A stretch of DNA of 64,000 bases from assembly GCA_964510085.1 (NCBI GenBank), contig CAZEAB010000003.1, positions 18,276 to 82,275 on the forward strand. The letters are read 5' to 3'. Position 1 is the first letter of the stretch. Each line of letters begins with the position of its first letter. Shown piece by piece: positions 1 through 8,233 of this stretch. The notes below the pieces were generated by a model. It was given only the letters and a program-made list of their open reading frames with translations, ran no database searches and was not told the origin of the DNA. Source of the DNA: an uncultured Methanosarcinales archaeon. Lineage in GTDB: Archaea; Nanobdellota; Nanobdellia; Woesearchaeales; GW2011-AR9. The translations under genes and the position numbers were made by a program.

Positions 1-999
1 ATTGACGCAGTTAAAATTACTGAAGACGATTTAGAAGTGATTCAACAAACTCATGGAGTGAAACGTGCAGCAGGATTGATATATTCTACAGGAAGAATTG
101 AATTTAATGATATTGTAAGATACAATTTCGTAACAGGAATGCCCGAAGATCCGGAAGATCGTGCACTTATTGGAGAAGCAAATAGTTACAAAATTCTTAA
201 AGGGCGTTTTATTGAAAAGGGAGACAGATTTAGGGCAGTACTTGGACATGAATATACACAACCTTCATTCTTTGAAAAACAGATTGAACTTGGAGATAGA
301 ATACAAATTCAAGATAGAGAATTTAAAGTGGTTGGGTTTATGCAAAAAATAGGTTCGCCTCCAGACGATCAATCAATAATTATTCCGTTAGACATCTATG
401 CATCAGTATTTGACACTGGAGATGAACTGGGAATTTTGATAGCACAAACAGATTCAGGAGAAGATGTTGAAGCTGTTGCCGCTTCTGTTGAAAAGGATTT
501 ACGAAAATCTCGTGATTTAGATGAAGGAAAAGAAGATTTTTCAGTTCAAACGCCACAGCAGTTAGCAGGATCATTTGCAACTATACTTGACATAGTACAA
601 GTGGTGTTAGTTGGAATTGCTGGAATCTCTCTTCTTGTTGGAGGAATTGGAATAATGAATACAATGTATACGGCAGTATTACAAAGAACAAAAGAGATAG
701 GCGTATTAAAAGCGCTTGGTGCACAGAATAAACATATCTTATCTCTTTTCCTTGTTGAATCTGGTTTATATGGTCTTGGAGGAGGATTACTTGGTGTCTC
801 TATTGGTATAACTCTTGCGTTAATTACCGAAGAATTATTTTTAATTTTTGTAGGTCCAGCATTTTTATCAATAGAAATCAACATATTTTTTATAGGAGGA
901 GTACTTCTATTCTCATTTATTGTTGGAGTTTTATCTGGAATCGCTCCAGCATATGGCGCATCAAAATTAAACCCAGTAGACAGTTTAAGGTATGAGTAA
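1..999 (+). CDS. ABC transporter permease, FtsX/MacB-type (5' end outside window)
   Basis: Frame is open from nt 1. C-terminal FtsX-like TM module with LQRTKEIGVLKALGA motif. 8-nt overlap with the downstream ATPase gene. Confidence 0.85.
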   Translation: MDAVKITEDDLEVIQQTHGVKRAAGLIYSTGRIEFNDIVRYNFVTGMPEDPEDRALIGEANSYKILKGRFIEKGDRFRAVLGHEYTQPSFFEKQIELGDRIQIQDREFKVVGFMQKIGSPPDDQSIIIPLDIYASVFDTGDELGILIAQTDSGEDVEAVAASVEKDLRKSRDLDEGKEDFSVQTPQQLAGSFATILDIVQVVLVGIAGISLLVGGIGIMNTMYTAVLQRTKEIGVLKALGAQNKHILSLFLVESGLYGLGGGLLGVSIGITLALITEELFLIFVGPAFLSIEINIFFIGGVLLFSFIVGVLSGIAPAYGASKLNPVDSLRYE

Positions 1000-1696
1000 A
1001 ATGACAAAAAAAATAATTGAACTCAAGGAAGTATGGAAAACATACACGATGGGAGAGAACGTCCTTCATGTACTTAAAGGAATAAATCTAACCATAAACA
1101 GAGGCGAATTTATTGCGATTCTAGGCCCTTCCGGTTCAGGGAAATCAACATTAATGAACCAAATAGGTGTTCTTGATGTCCCTACACAAGGAACAGTTCT
1201 TCTTGACAGCCACGACATCTCAAATTTAAGTGAATCAGAATTAGCAAAAATACGTGGTCAGAAAATTGGGTTTATTTTCCAACAATTTAATTTGATTCCA
1301 ACACTTTCTGCATTAGAAAACGTAACCCTTCCTACACTATTTCAAGAGGTAGAAGAAGATAAAGTGATTAAAAGAGCCACTATGCTTCTTACTCGTATGG
1401 GGTTAGGAGATAGGCTTAACCACAAACCAAATGAATTATCTGGTGGTCAGCAGCAACGAGTTGCAATAGCAAGGTCTTTAATCAACAACCCAGACATAAT
1501 TCTTGCAGACGAACCAACAGGAAACTTAGATTCTGCTTCTGGGAAGGAAGTTATGAAAATGTTAACAGACCTTCATGGTAAGGAAGGAAAGACAATAATC
1601 TTAGTAACACATGATATCCATCTTGTAAACTACTCAAAAAAGACTATTTATTTAAAAGATGGAGAAATAGAAAAAATTACAAATCATAACAGGTAA
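992..1696 (+). CDS. ABC transporter ATP-binding protein (MacB/LolD-like)
   Basis: Walker A GPSGSGKST, ABC signature LSGGQQQRVAIARSL, Walker B IILADEPTGNLD. Confidence 0.92.
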   Translation: MSKMTKKIIELKEVWKTYTMGENVLHVLKGINLTINRGEFIAILGPSGSGKSTLMNQIGVLDVPTQGTVLLDSHDISNLSESELAKIRGQKIGFIFQQFNLIPTLSALENVTLPTLFQEVEEDKVIKRATMLLTRMGLGDRLNHKPNELSGGQQQRVAIARSLINNPDIILADEPTGNLDSASGKEVMKMLTDLHGKEGKTIILVTHDIHLVNYSKKTIYLKDGEIEKITNHNR

Positions 1697-1777
1697 ATTC
1701 ATCATAACTTTTTAACTATATAAATATTTATAAATTGTTATCTCCTCGAAAATGACACTATTATAGGGGTGAATAAT

Positions 1778-2914
1778 ATGGAACAGAAGCAATTAGATGA
1801 ACTTGACGAATCCTATTTCGGCGAGGAATTTATTGATGATGAAGAGATAAAAATTGAAGATGTCAAGCCAGCTAAAGCTAAAACTGCTAAAAAGAAAGCT
1901 GAGAAGAAAACATCAAAAAAATCAACTAAAAAAGAAGCAACCAACGCTAAACCAATTGAGTTAGATTCTTTAGATAACATTCAACCAGAGATTGACGATT
2001 TACCTCCGGTTGAAGTAACTGAGATTACACATGAGGAACCACTTGTAAAACAAACAAGCGCAGCTCCTCTTGATACGCCTAAATCAGATCCAATCGATCC
2101 ATGGGCAAATGAAGAAGAAGATGAAAATCTTTTCAAAGAAACTTCTACCTGGAAAGCAATTACTGGAATTGCAGTAATCTTGTTAATCCTTTCAGTATTT
2201 ACTGGTGGATTTCACTTTTCGGGACCAACAGGAGCAGCAGTTGCAGATGGAATTTCATTAGATACAGCTGAACAGAAGGCATTAACATATGTAAATGATA
2301 AGTTGTTACAACCTCCTTTCGTTGCAACAGTTGAAAAGTCTGAAGATGTAGGAACAGTATACAAAATAACATTAAATCTTGCAGGGGAACCAATTGAATC
2401 CTATATGACTAAAGATGGTGAGTTTTTCTTTCCACAAGGTTTCGATGTTGATGGAACAACTCCAACAGAAGAAACAGTTGATCTTGAACCGGTAGAACCT
2501 GTTGTTAAAGAAGAACCTACAGAAGAACCAGTAGTAGTAGATGTACCTACAGAAGAACCAGTTGAGGTAACACCTCCAGTTGAGGAAAAACCAGTTGAAG
2601 TACCTGTAGAAGTGCCAGCTGAACCAACAACACAACTTTCAATGAGCTACAAAAAATGGAGTTTCTCTCCTACAAAGTTAACTGTAAAACAAGGAGATAA
2701 AGTGTCTTTAACAGTTTCTGCAGATACTTCCAATCCAAGTTTTGCTCTTCCAGGATTAACACTTGGAATACCTGGATTAGGAGTAGAACAAGCAGTTGAG
2801 GGAACAGGAACTGTAGAATTTACAGCAGACAAAGCGGGTTCATTTGAATTACTATGTGCAAGTTGTAGTGGAACTCAAGCAGCTGTAATGAAAGGAACAT
2901 TAGTTGTGGAATAA
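1778..2914 (+). CDS. Membrane-anchored acidic protein with Pro/Glu/Val-rich linker and C-terminal cupredoxin-like domain
   Basis: ATG at 1778 lies 5 nt after AGGGGTGA (the track starts at GTG 1769). Lys-rich N-terminus, one TM (ITGIAVILLILSVF), EPVxx low-complexity linker. The C-terminus 'VEFTADKAGSFELLCASC..MKGTLVVE' resembles the cupredoxin_1 fold, but the usual His ligands are not evident. Confidence 0.6.
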   Translation: MEQKQLDELDESYFGEEFIDDEEIKIEDVKPAKAKTAKKKAEKKTSKKSTKKEATNAKPIELDSLDNIQPEIDDLPPVEVTEITHEEPLVKQTSAAPLDTPKSDPIDPWANEEEDENLFKETSTWKAITGIAVILLILSVFTGGFHFSGPTGAAVADGISLDTAEQKALTYVNDKLLQPPFVATVEKSEDVGTVYKITLNLAGEPIESYMTKDGEFFFPQGFDVDGTTPTEETVDLEPVEPVVKEEPTEEPVVVDVPTEEPVEVTPPVEEKPVEVPVEVPAEPTTQLSMSYKKWSFSPTKLTVKQGDKVSLTVSADTSNPSFALPGLTLGIPGLGVEQAVEGTGTVEFTADKAGSFELLCASCSGTQAAVMKGTLVVE

Positions 2915-2916
2915 AT

Positions 2917-3004
2917 GCGTGTGTCAAGGGTAGCGCCCTGACTAGTCGAGACGGGTACCCCAAAGGGGTACGATATCCGTCGTGCCCTACCCAAAGACAC
3001 ACAC
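2917..3004. ncRNA. GC-rich structured RNA element, family copy 1 (unclassified)
   Basis: Starts 3 nt after the stop codon. Nested helices: GTGTGTC/GACACAC, GGGTAG/CTACCC, GACGG/CCGTC and a perfect 7-bp GTACCCC-AAA-GGGGTAC hairpin with a 3'-side bulge GATAT. Shares blocks GCCCTGACT, CGAG and GTGC with 8108-8205 and 43660-43778. Transcribed strand not established. Confidence 0.5.
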
Positions 3005-3050
3005 TAAGGAATAGAAACATTTTTATTCTTCTTTTTTTCTTCTTGACATT

Positions 3051-3635
3051 ATGGGTAAATCTTTATTGAAGTCACAAAAACTAAAACAAGCAGTTGTTTT
3101 AACACTTATGTTCTTAATAGCACTTGGATTTATGGTTCCTGGTTTTCTTAATGCTCCCCTATCTAATGAAGATGGTGGAACATACGTAGAACCACGATTA
3201 TGCCAATCAGATAATGATTGCTATTTAACATGTGATAATAAGCCGGTTAAAGTTCTTTGTTCACAGAATTTATGTTTTCAGAATTCTTGTAAAGAATATT
3301 CTCCTTATCAATTTATAGAAAATGCTGTATCCTTTTCACTAGATGTACAAGCAGATAATAGTAATGTCAATCTTATTCCTCAAGCTAATAATCTCTTCGT
3401 AACCGCTGAAAAAGGAAAAATCAATGTGCACACCTATTCTCTTCCATTAGGAGTTGTATTAGATCGTCTTGGAGTAACTTTTACAAACACCTGTGCACAA
3501 ATTAATACAAATTCTTATTGTGTACCTGAATGGAATGTATCTATCATCAAAAATGGAAATCATTCCAGTTTACAGGCTGTTGCATTACAAGATGACGATG
3601 TGAAGATTCTTATTGAGAAGGAAGACTTCAACTGA
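3051..3635 (+). CDS. Cys-rich secreted/membrane-anchored protein, unknown function
   Basis: N-terminal TM/signal (AVVLTLMFLIALGFMVPGF) followed by CQSDNDCYLTCDNKPVKVLCSQNLCFQNSC. Confidence 0.6.
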   Translation: MGKSLLKSQKLKQAVVLTLMFLIALGFMVPGFLNAPLSNEDGGTYVEPRLCQSDNDCYLTCDNKPVKVLCSQNLCFQNSCKEYSPYQFIENAVSFSLDVQADNSNVNLIPQANNLFVTAEKGKINVHTYSLPLGVVLDRLGVTFTNTCAQINTNSYCVPEWNVSIIKNGNHSSLQAVALQDDDVKILIEKEDFN

Positions 3636-3694
3636 AATTGAACTCTTTGTAATGTTTATATACTATCTTTATTCTATAGGTGTTGGTGATTAAC

Positions 3695-4519
3695 ATGATA
3701 CAAAAACAATTACATAAATTAAAAGAAAATTGGTTACTTGTTGCTTTATTTCTAGTAGCAATTATTTTTGTCTCCGGAATAAACCCTGTTTCTTCAGGAT
3801 TTAGTAAAGTAGGTTCCACAATGGAGTATGCAATGGCAGAACCATCTGATTTCTACGATTCTGGATTTGCACCAGAGATACAGGAAAGGAAGATAATACA
3901 AACACTTTCATTGTTAACAGAAGTGAGGAGAGGTTCATACACAGATAATGAACAAAAAATGAAAGCAATAGTAATTTCCTCTGGTTCTTTGATAGTAAAT
4001 GAAAATGTAAATACACACGACGATTCTAAATCCGGTTATTATCAAATTCAAGTTGATTCTTCAAAAGCAGATGCAATAATGGATCAATTAAAAGGAATTG
4101 GAAAAGTAACGTCTTTGTACAATAATAAAAGAGATATTACAAGCAGTTACACAGATACAAAGATAGAATTAGACAGTGAGAAACGAAGATTGACAAAGTA
4201 TAACCAAATGTTCTCTGAATCTAAGAATGTAAATGAGAAGATCCAACTAACTAATCTAATTTTTGATCAAGAACGAAGAGTAAAATACCTTGAAGAAAGA
4301 TTACAAAACCAAGATGAAAAAGTTGATTATACAACCATTTCTTTCTCAATGACAGAAAAGCAATCTGAATGGGCAAACATCGCATTTACAAGTTTAGGCA
4401 ACCTGGTACGAAGTTTAGTAAATAGTGTTAATACTTTACTACATCTTATCTTTGTAATCTTGCCATATGCAGTAATTGGTTTAATTGGATTGTTTGTATA
4501 TAGAAAGATTAAGAAGTAA
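3695..4519 (+). CDS. DUF4349-like membrane protein
   Basis: N-terminal TM, central coiled-coil region (KIELDSEKRRLTKYNQM..ERRVKYLEERLQNQ) and C-terminal TM, as in DUF4349. ATG 3695 preferred over GTG 3680. Confidence 0.55.
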   Translation: MIQKQLHKLKENWLLVALFLVAIIFVSGINPVSSGFSKVGSTMEYAMAEPSDFYDSGFAPEIQERKIIQTLSLLTEVRRGSYTDNEQKMKAIVISSGSLIVNENVNTHDDSKSGYYQIQVDSSKADAIMDQLKGIGKVTSLYNNKRDITSSYTDTKIELDSEKRRLTKYNQMFSESKNVNEKIQLTNLIFDQERRVKYLEERLQNQDEKVDYTTISFSMTEKQSEWANIAFTSLGNLVRSLVNSVNTLLHLIFVILPYAVIGLIGLFVYRKIKK

Positions 4520-4575
4520 ATTTATTTTTTTAATTTATTTTTTAAAATTTTATCTAAAAAATGACTGAAAATACA

Positions 4576-5169
4576 TTAGATTTTCAATTTATTTTTTATT
4601 AATTCTATAAACAAGTATAATACAATAACTGTAACTCCTCCCAAAAGAAACCAAAGAGCAAGGTCTGGTTGTTGGACAACAGGCGCAGATTTCATTGCTT
4701 GTGGGACAGCTTCCATCATAGAATCTGCGGCAATTTCTTGAACAGCAAAAGAAGATTTTTCCATTACAAAAGAACCGCTATCTTGAACAAACTTAATAAT
4801 CGCACTAATTCCCACTATTCCAATAGCAACAGGCAATATGTTCTTCAACTTCTCTCTTAACCCACTTACTTTCTTAGGAGCAATAATAATATATTTGTTT
4901 GCAAGTTTGTAATGTTTGACTTCTCTGCCCTTTGTACTATAGTGGAATTCTTCTACATGTACTAGGCTAGATTCTACTAATTTTTGTAAATGATAATGAA
5001 CTGTAGAGATAGGAATATCTAAAGACTTAGCGATAGAAGATTCGGAATCATGATCTTTCTCAGCAAGATAATTTAAAATCTTACGGGAAGTATCACTTGT
5101 AATGGTCTCAGCTAATTTCTTTGTTTTAGTTTCATTTAAATCTACTAGCAGGAAGTTGTTTTTACTCAT
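4576..5169 (-). CDS. ArsR-type winged-helix regulator with C-terminal transmembrane segments
   Basis: HTH 'SSIAKSLDIPISTVHYHLQKLVESSLV' followed by two hydrophobic helices (ILPVAIGIVGISAII; LALWFLLGGVTVIVLYLFI). Confidence 0.7.
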   Translation of the reverse strand: MSKNNFLLVDLNETKTKKLAETITSDTSRKILNYLAEKDHDSESSIAKSLDIPISTVHYHLQKLVESSLVHVEEFHYSTKGREVKHYKLANKYIIIAPKKVSGLREKLKNILPVAIGIVGISAIIKFVQDSGSFVMEKSSFAVQEIAADSMMEAVPQAMKSAPVVQQPDLALWFLLGGVTVIVLYLFIELIKNKLKI

Positions 5170-5220
5170 ATTTTCTATTTATGTATAGCATTTAAAAACC
5201 TATTGATAACTTTAACTCAA

Positions 5221-6195
5221 TTAAAAGTCAATAGGAAAGTACATTTGTCGAATGATAATATATCCAATAAACAGTGCTATAAGAACAACACTTTCCCACT
5301 TCTTTAATTTCTCATTTGTTAACAAGAAATAATATATCAAACCAGCGGTTGCAATCTTTATAGGAAGGTCATACCAAATAACAACATTTGGAATAACATA
5401 ACTTGAAATTGCTGCTCCCACCCCAATACCAAACAAAGGATTAGTAATATTACTTCCAATTAAAATCCCGGCACTCACATCTTTCTTTCCTTTAAGCACT
5501 GCAATAAGAGATGTAGTTAATTCTGGTAAGGCCGATGCAACTCCTAGCATAATAACACCAAAGAAGGATGCACTTATTGAAAGAGATGAAATAATAACTG
5601 TTGCAGCATCTAACACTAACTCTGCTGTAAATGCCATAAACACAAACGAAATTAAGATTAACGAAGTTCCTAACCAAATATCCTTTTTAGATAAATCGTT
5701 AGTCGCAACAACACCTTTTTCATGAAGTTTTTTCTTCTTTAGATATAATAAATAAAACAAGTATGCTAAAATTAACAACCATCCCTCTACCTGTGAAATA
5801 ACCCCTCCTAGAGAAAATAACCATACTAACAAAGCGGCTCCAATTAAACCACCCATCTCTACAAATAAGTTCTTTCTAATAACAACAACAGTGCCTATAA
5901 TCGCAATAACAGGAAGCACAAGATTCTGCTGAAAAATGTCAGAACCAATATTGTTTCCAATAAGTAATCCAGATAAAGTATTCATTAATGCTGGCTGGCT
6001 AACAATTTTAACACTTCCAATAATATGAGTCATAATTTCAGGGATACTTGTTCCTATGGAAAGGATAGTAAGCCCAATAAACGTACCAGAGATTCCGTAA
6101 TGTTTTGCAATAGAAATCGAATTCTTAATAATCATCTCTGCAAGTACAAGTATAATAATAAATCCAATTACAAGTGAGAGTATTTCATTAAGCAT
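5221..6195 (-). CDS. Na+/Ca2+ exchanger family (CaCA, YrbG-like) membrane protein
   Basis: Two alpha-repeat signatures, GTSIPEIMTH and GSNITNPLFGIG, in a polytopic membrane protein. Confidence 0.8.
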   Translation of the reverse strand: MLNEILSLVIGFIIILVLAEMIIKNSISIAKHYGISGTFIGLTILSIGTSIPEIMTHIIGSVKIVSQPALMNTLSGLLIGNNIGSDIFQQNLVLPVIAIIGTVVVIRKNLFVEMGGLIGAALLVWLFSLGGVISQVEGWLLILAYLFYLLYLKKKKLHEKGVVATNDLSKKDIWLGTSLILISFVFMAFTAELVLDAATVIISSLSISASFFGVIMLGVASALPELTTSLIAVLKGKKDVSAGILIGSNITNPLFGIGVGAAISSYVIPNVVIWYDLPIKIATAGLIYYFLLTNEKLKKWESVVLIALFIGYIIIRQMYFPIDF

Positions 6196-6217
6196 CTAAG
6201 AAGGAAGAACTTTTTAC

Positions 6218-6679
6218 TTATATCTCTTTTGCTAACTCAGAGAAAGGAAATTCAACAAATTCAGGTTCATCAAAACCTAATTCGGCAAATAAGGAATCTT
6301 GCACAACTTCTCCTTTAACAATTAGAAAATCTCCAACATCCTCAATGATATAAATACCTAAATTATACTCTTTCCACTCAAATCGTCTTCGTTTTTTGTC
6401 TAAAATAATATCCCTTCCGTATCTCTCCTTAAGAGCGTTTTTTAATTCTCTAGGTTTTTCTATCTTCTCATGCCGAGTAACTTCAAATTTTCCCCCTTTT
6501 TGTACAAGTTGTATTAAGAATTTCCCATAATCATTCTCAGTTACTTTCAGAACATGTCCCTCTGGTTGTTTGTAATATGTATCGCTTGCTTCCATTTCAT
6601 TTTGGAAGATAGCTCCAGCAGAGAGTAATTTCTTTTCAGCTTCTTCTATGTTTGTAATTCTAATTTTCCGTTCTTCCAT
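6218..6679 (-). CDS. CYTH-domain protein (CyaB/thiamine triphosphatase-like)
   Basis: Size and pattern (..KIRI..SDTYY..; KKRRRFEW..; IEDVGDFLIVKGE) resemble class IV adenylate cyclase/CYTH proteins. Second Met at 6679 preferred. Confidence 0.45.
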   Translation of the reverse strand: MEERKIRITNIEEAEKKLLSAGAIFQNEMEASDTYYKQPEGHVLKVTENDYGKFLIQLVQKGGKFEVTRHEKIEKPRELKNALKERYGRDIILDKKRRRFEWKEYNLGIYIIEDVGDFLIVKGEVVQDSLFAELGFDEPEFVEFPFSELAKEI

Positions 6680-6732
6680 TATAGAAATATTTATTAGTTG
6701 CATTATTAAATCTTCTGGAACAGGTGATTATT

Positions 6733-7239
6733 ATGAAAATAGCATTAATTATAGCACAAAACAACTTCAGAGATGAAGAATATGAAGTGCCTAAGAAAAC
6801 ATTTGAAGACGCTGGTTTTGAAACCGTCACAATATCTAAAACAACTGGCACATGCACCAGCAAATTCAAAAGGACGGTACAAGCAACTGATTCTATTGAT
6901 AATATTGACGTTGCAGACTATGACGCAATCGTTTTTATTGGCGGCGGCGGTTCTGCACAATATCAACACGATGTTCAAGCACATATGACTGTCCAGGAAG
7001 CAATTAATCAAAATAAAGTTCTTGCGGCTATCTGTTTAGCTCCCTCCATTCTTGCATTAGCTGGAGTTCTTGAAGGAAAGAACGCAACAGCACATCCAGG
7101 AGATGGTGTTGAGATCATAAAGAATCAAGGAGCTAATTACGTAGAGGAACCGGTTGTAGTAGATGGAAGGATTGTTACTGCTGACGGCCCTAATTCAGCT
7201 AAAGAATTTGCTGATAAGATTATTAGCTTATTAAGATAG
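6733..7239 (+). CDS. DJ-1/PfpI family protein
   Basis: Nucleophile-elbow-like 'LAAICLAPSILA' and 'ATAHP'. AGGTGA Shine-Dalgarno (SD) sequence 5 nt upstream of ATG 6733. Confidence 0.8.
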   Translation: MKIALIIAQNNFRDEEYEVPKKTFEDAGFETVTISKTTGTCTSKFKRTVQATDSIDNIDVADYDAIVFIGGGGSAQYQHDVQAHMTVQEAINQNKVLAAICLAPSILALAGVLEGKNATAHPGDGVEIIKNQGANYVEEPVVVDGRIVTADGPNSAKEFADKIISLLR

Positions 7240-7270
7240 ATTTATATTCTTCTTTTTTATCCTTTTTATT

Positions 7271-8107
7271 ATGGGTGCACGTAAATTTACACAAGAGGAA
7301 CAAGAACGGATTATAAAACCTATTGTAAGGAATCTCATTGAATCACATACAAAAGGAAAAACAACTATAATTGCTTTACAAGGTGGTCAAGGAACTGGAA
7401 AAACAACAATAGCTAATTTTATTAAAAGAGATTTGACGTATTTTAAATATAAAGTACAATCATTTTCAATAGATGATTTCTATACAACGGCAAAAGAAAG
7501 AAAAGCTCTCCAAAAGAAATACAAAAAGAATCCCTTCTATCAAATACCTAGGGGGATGCCGGGAACACATAGAGTAAAAGAATTACATACTGTTCTCAAA
7601 AATGTTAAAGAGGGAAAACCTTTTTCAATACCTCATTTTGACAAATCTAAACATAAGGGGTTTGGCGACGTTCTCAAAAAAGTAAATAATATCAAAAGAA
7701 GACAAGATTTTATTATCCTAGAAGGGTGGTGTGTTGGTATTCCTTCTGTTACATCAAAACAATTACAGAAAATTTGTACAAAAAACCGTATTAACTTGAA
7801 AAGTATTGATCCAAGAGAATATCATAAGACTGTAATTAAACATATTACCCCATATCTTCCGCTTTGGAAACTGATTGATACAACGATAATGATTGTCCCA
7901 GATTCATCTTCTTGCCATAAATTGTGGCGATTATTACAGGAGAAACGTTTGAAAGAAAAAAAGGGAGAAGGTATGACAAAGACACAAGTTTCACATTTTG
8001 TAGATGTCTTTTTACCATTTACGTATCTTTGCTATGAAAAGATAAAATCAGATATTATTATTAAGGTAGACAAATTACATAATTATTATCAGGTGAAGAA
8101 TGTGTAA
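7271..8107 (+). CDS. P-loop D-glycerate 3-kinase-like kinase (GLYK family)
   Basis: P-loop GGQGTGKTT, then SIDDFYTTA, PRGMPGTHRV, HFDKSKHKGFGD and ILEGWCVG. These match in order the plant/yeast/cyanobacterial GLYK pattern. Confidence 0.55.
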   Translation: MGARKFTQEEQERIIKPIVRNLIESHTKGKTTIIALQGGQGTGKTTIANFIKRDLTYFKYKVQSFSIDDFYTTAKERKALQKKYKKNPFYQIPRGMPGTHRVKELHTVLKNVKEGKPFSIPHFDKSKHKGFGDVLKKVNNIKRRQDFIILEGWCVGIPSVTSKQLQKICTKNRINLKSIDPREYHKTVIKHITPYLPLWKLIDTTIMIVPDSSSCHKLWRLLQEKRLKEKKGEGMTKTQVSHFVDVFLPFTYLCYEKIKSDIIIKVDKLHNYYQVKNV

Positions 8108-8205
8108 GTAACATCATTTTGGGAATGGGGGCCCAGGCTTGCCGAGGCGGTTATAATCGCAGATTATAGAAACCCGCCGTGCCCCATAATCCAAATGTAT
8201 GTTAC
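8108..8205. ncRNA. GC-rich structured RNA element, family copy 2 (unclassified)
   Basis: Begins at the nt after the stop codon. Long imperfect closing stem GTAACAT..ATGGGG / CCCCAT..ATGTTAC. Core GCCCAGGCT-TGC-CGAG-GGCGG-T-TATAATC-GCA-GATTATA-GAAAC-CCGCC-GTGC has the same architecture as copy 1. Confidence 0.5.
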
Positions 8206-8233
8206 ACAAAAATATGTTAATAAAGAGGTTAAA

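Noticed and set aside
546-1007. Long antisense ORFs inside well-supported genes (546-1007, 18187-18555, 26996-27397, 49867-50205, 57348-57659, 15976-16215, 2372-2635 and others)
   Set aside because: Each lies fully within, or opposite to, an ORF with clear family motifs. They show low-complexity or odd composition and have no start signals.
2917-3004. The GC-rich islands (also 8108-8205 and 43660-43778) as tRNA, split-tRNA halves or 5S rRNA
   Set aside because: There is no cloverleaf and no D-arm, anticodon arm or T-loop (GTTCRANYC). Copy 1 has only about 66 nt between its acceptor-like arms, and a 2-nt spacer sits between the T-like helix and the closing stem. The 5S helix and loop pattern is absent.
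2917-3004. The same islands as H/ACA guide RNAs (Nop10 is encoded in the window)
   Set aside because: An ACA lies 16 nt from the base of the upper helix in copy 1, but at 12 nt in copy 3, and no suitably placed ACA exists in copy 2. The would-be pocket is very lopsided (10-16 nt on the 5' side against 2-5 nt on the 3' side). No K-turn or K-loop with tandem GA is present. I have left them as unclassified.
8195-8233. Longer N-terminal extensions offered by the ORF track (8195, 11257, 14102, 30913, 33892, 43735, 46892, 58333, 3680, 6724, 1769)
   Set aside because: Family-conserved N-termini begin at downstream ATGs. Those ATGs are preceded by SD or TATA signals, or form ATGA overlaps. Several of the extensions run through structured RNA or the upstream gene.
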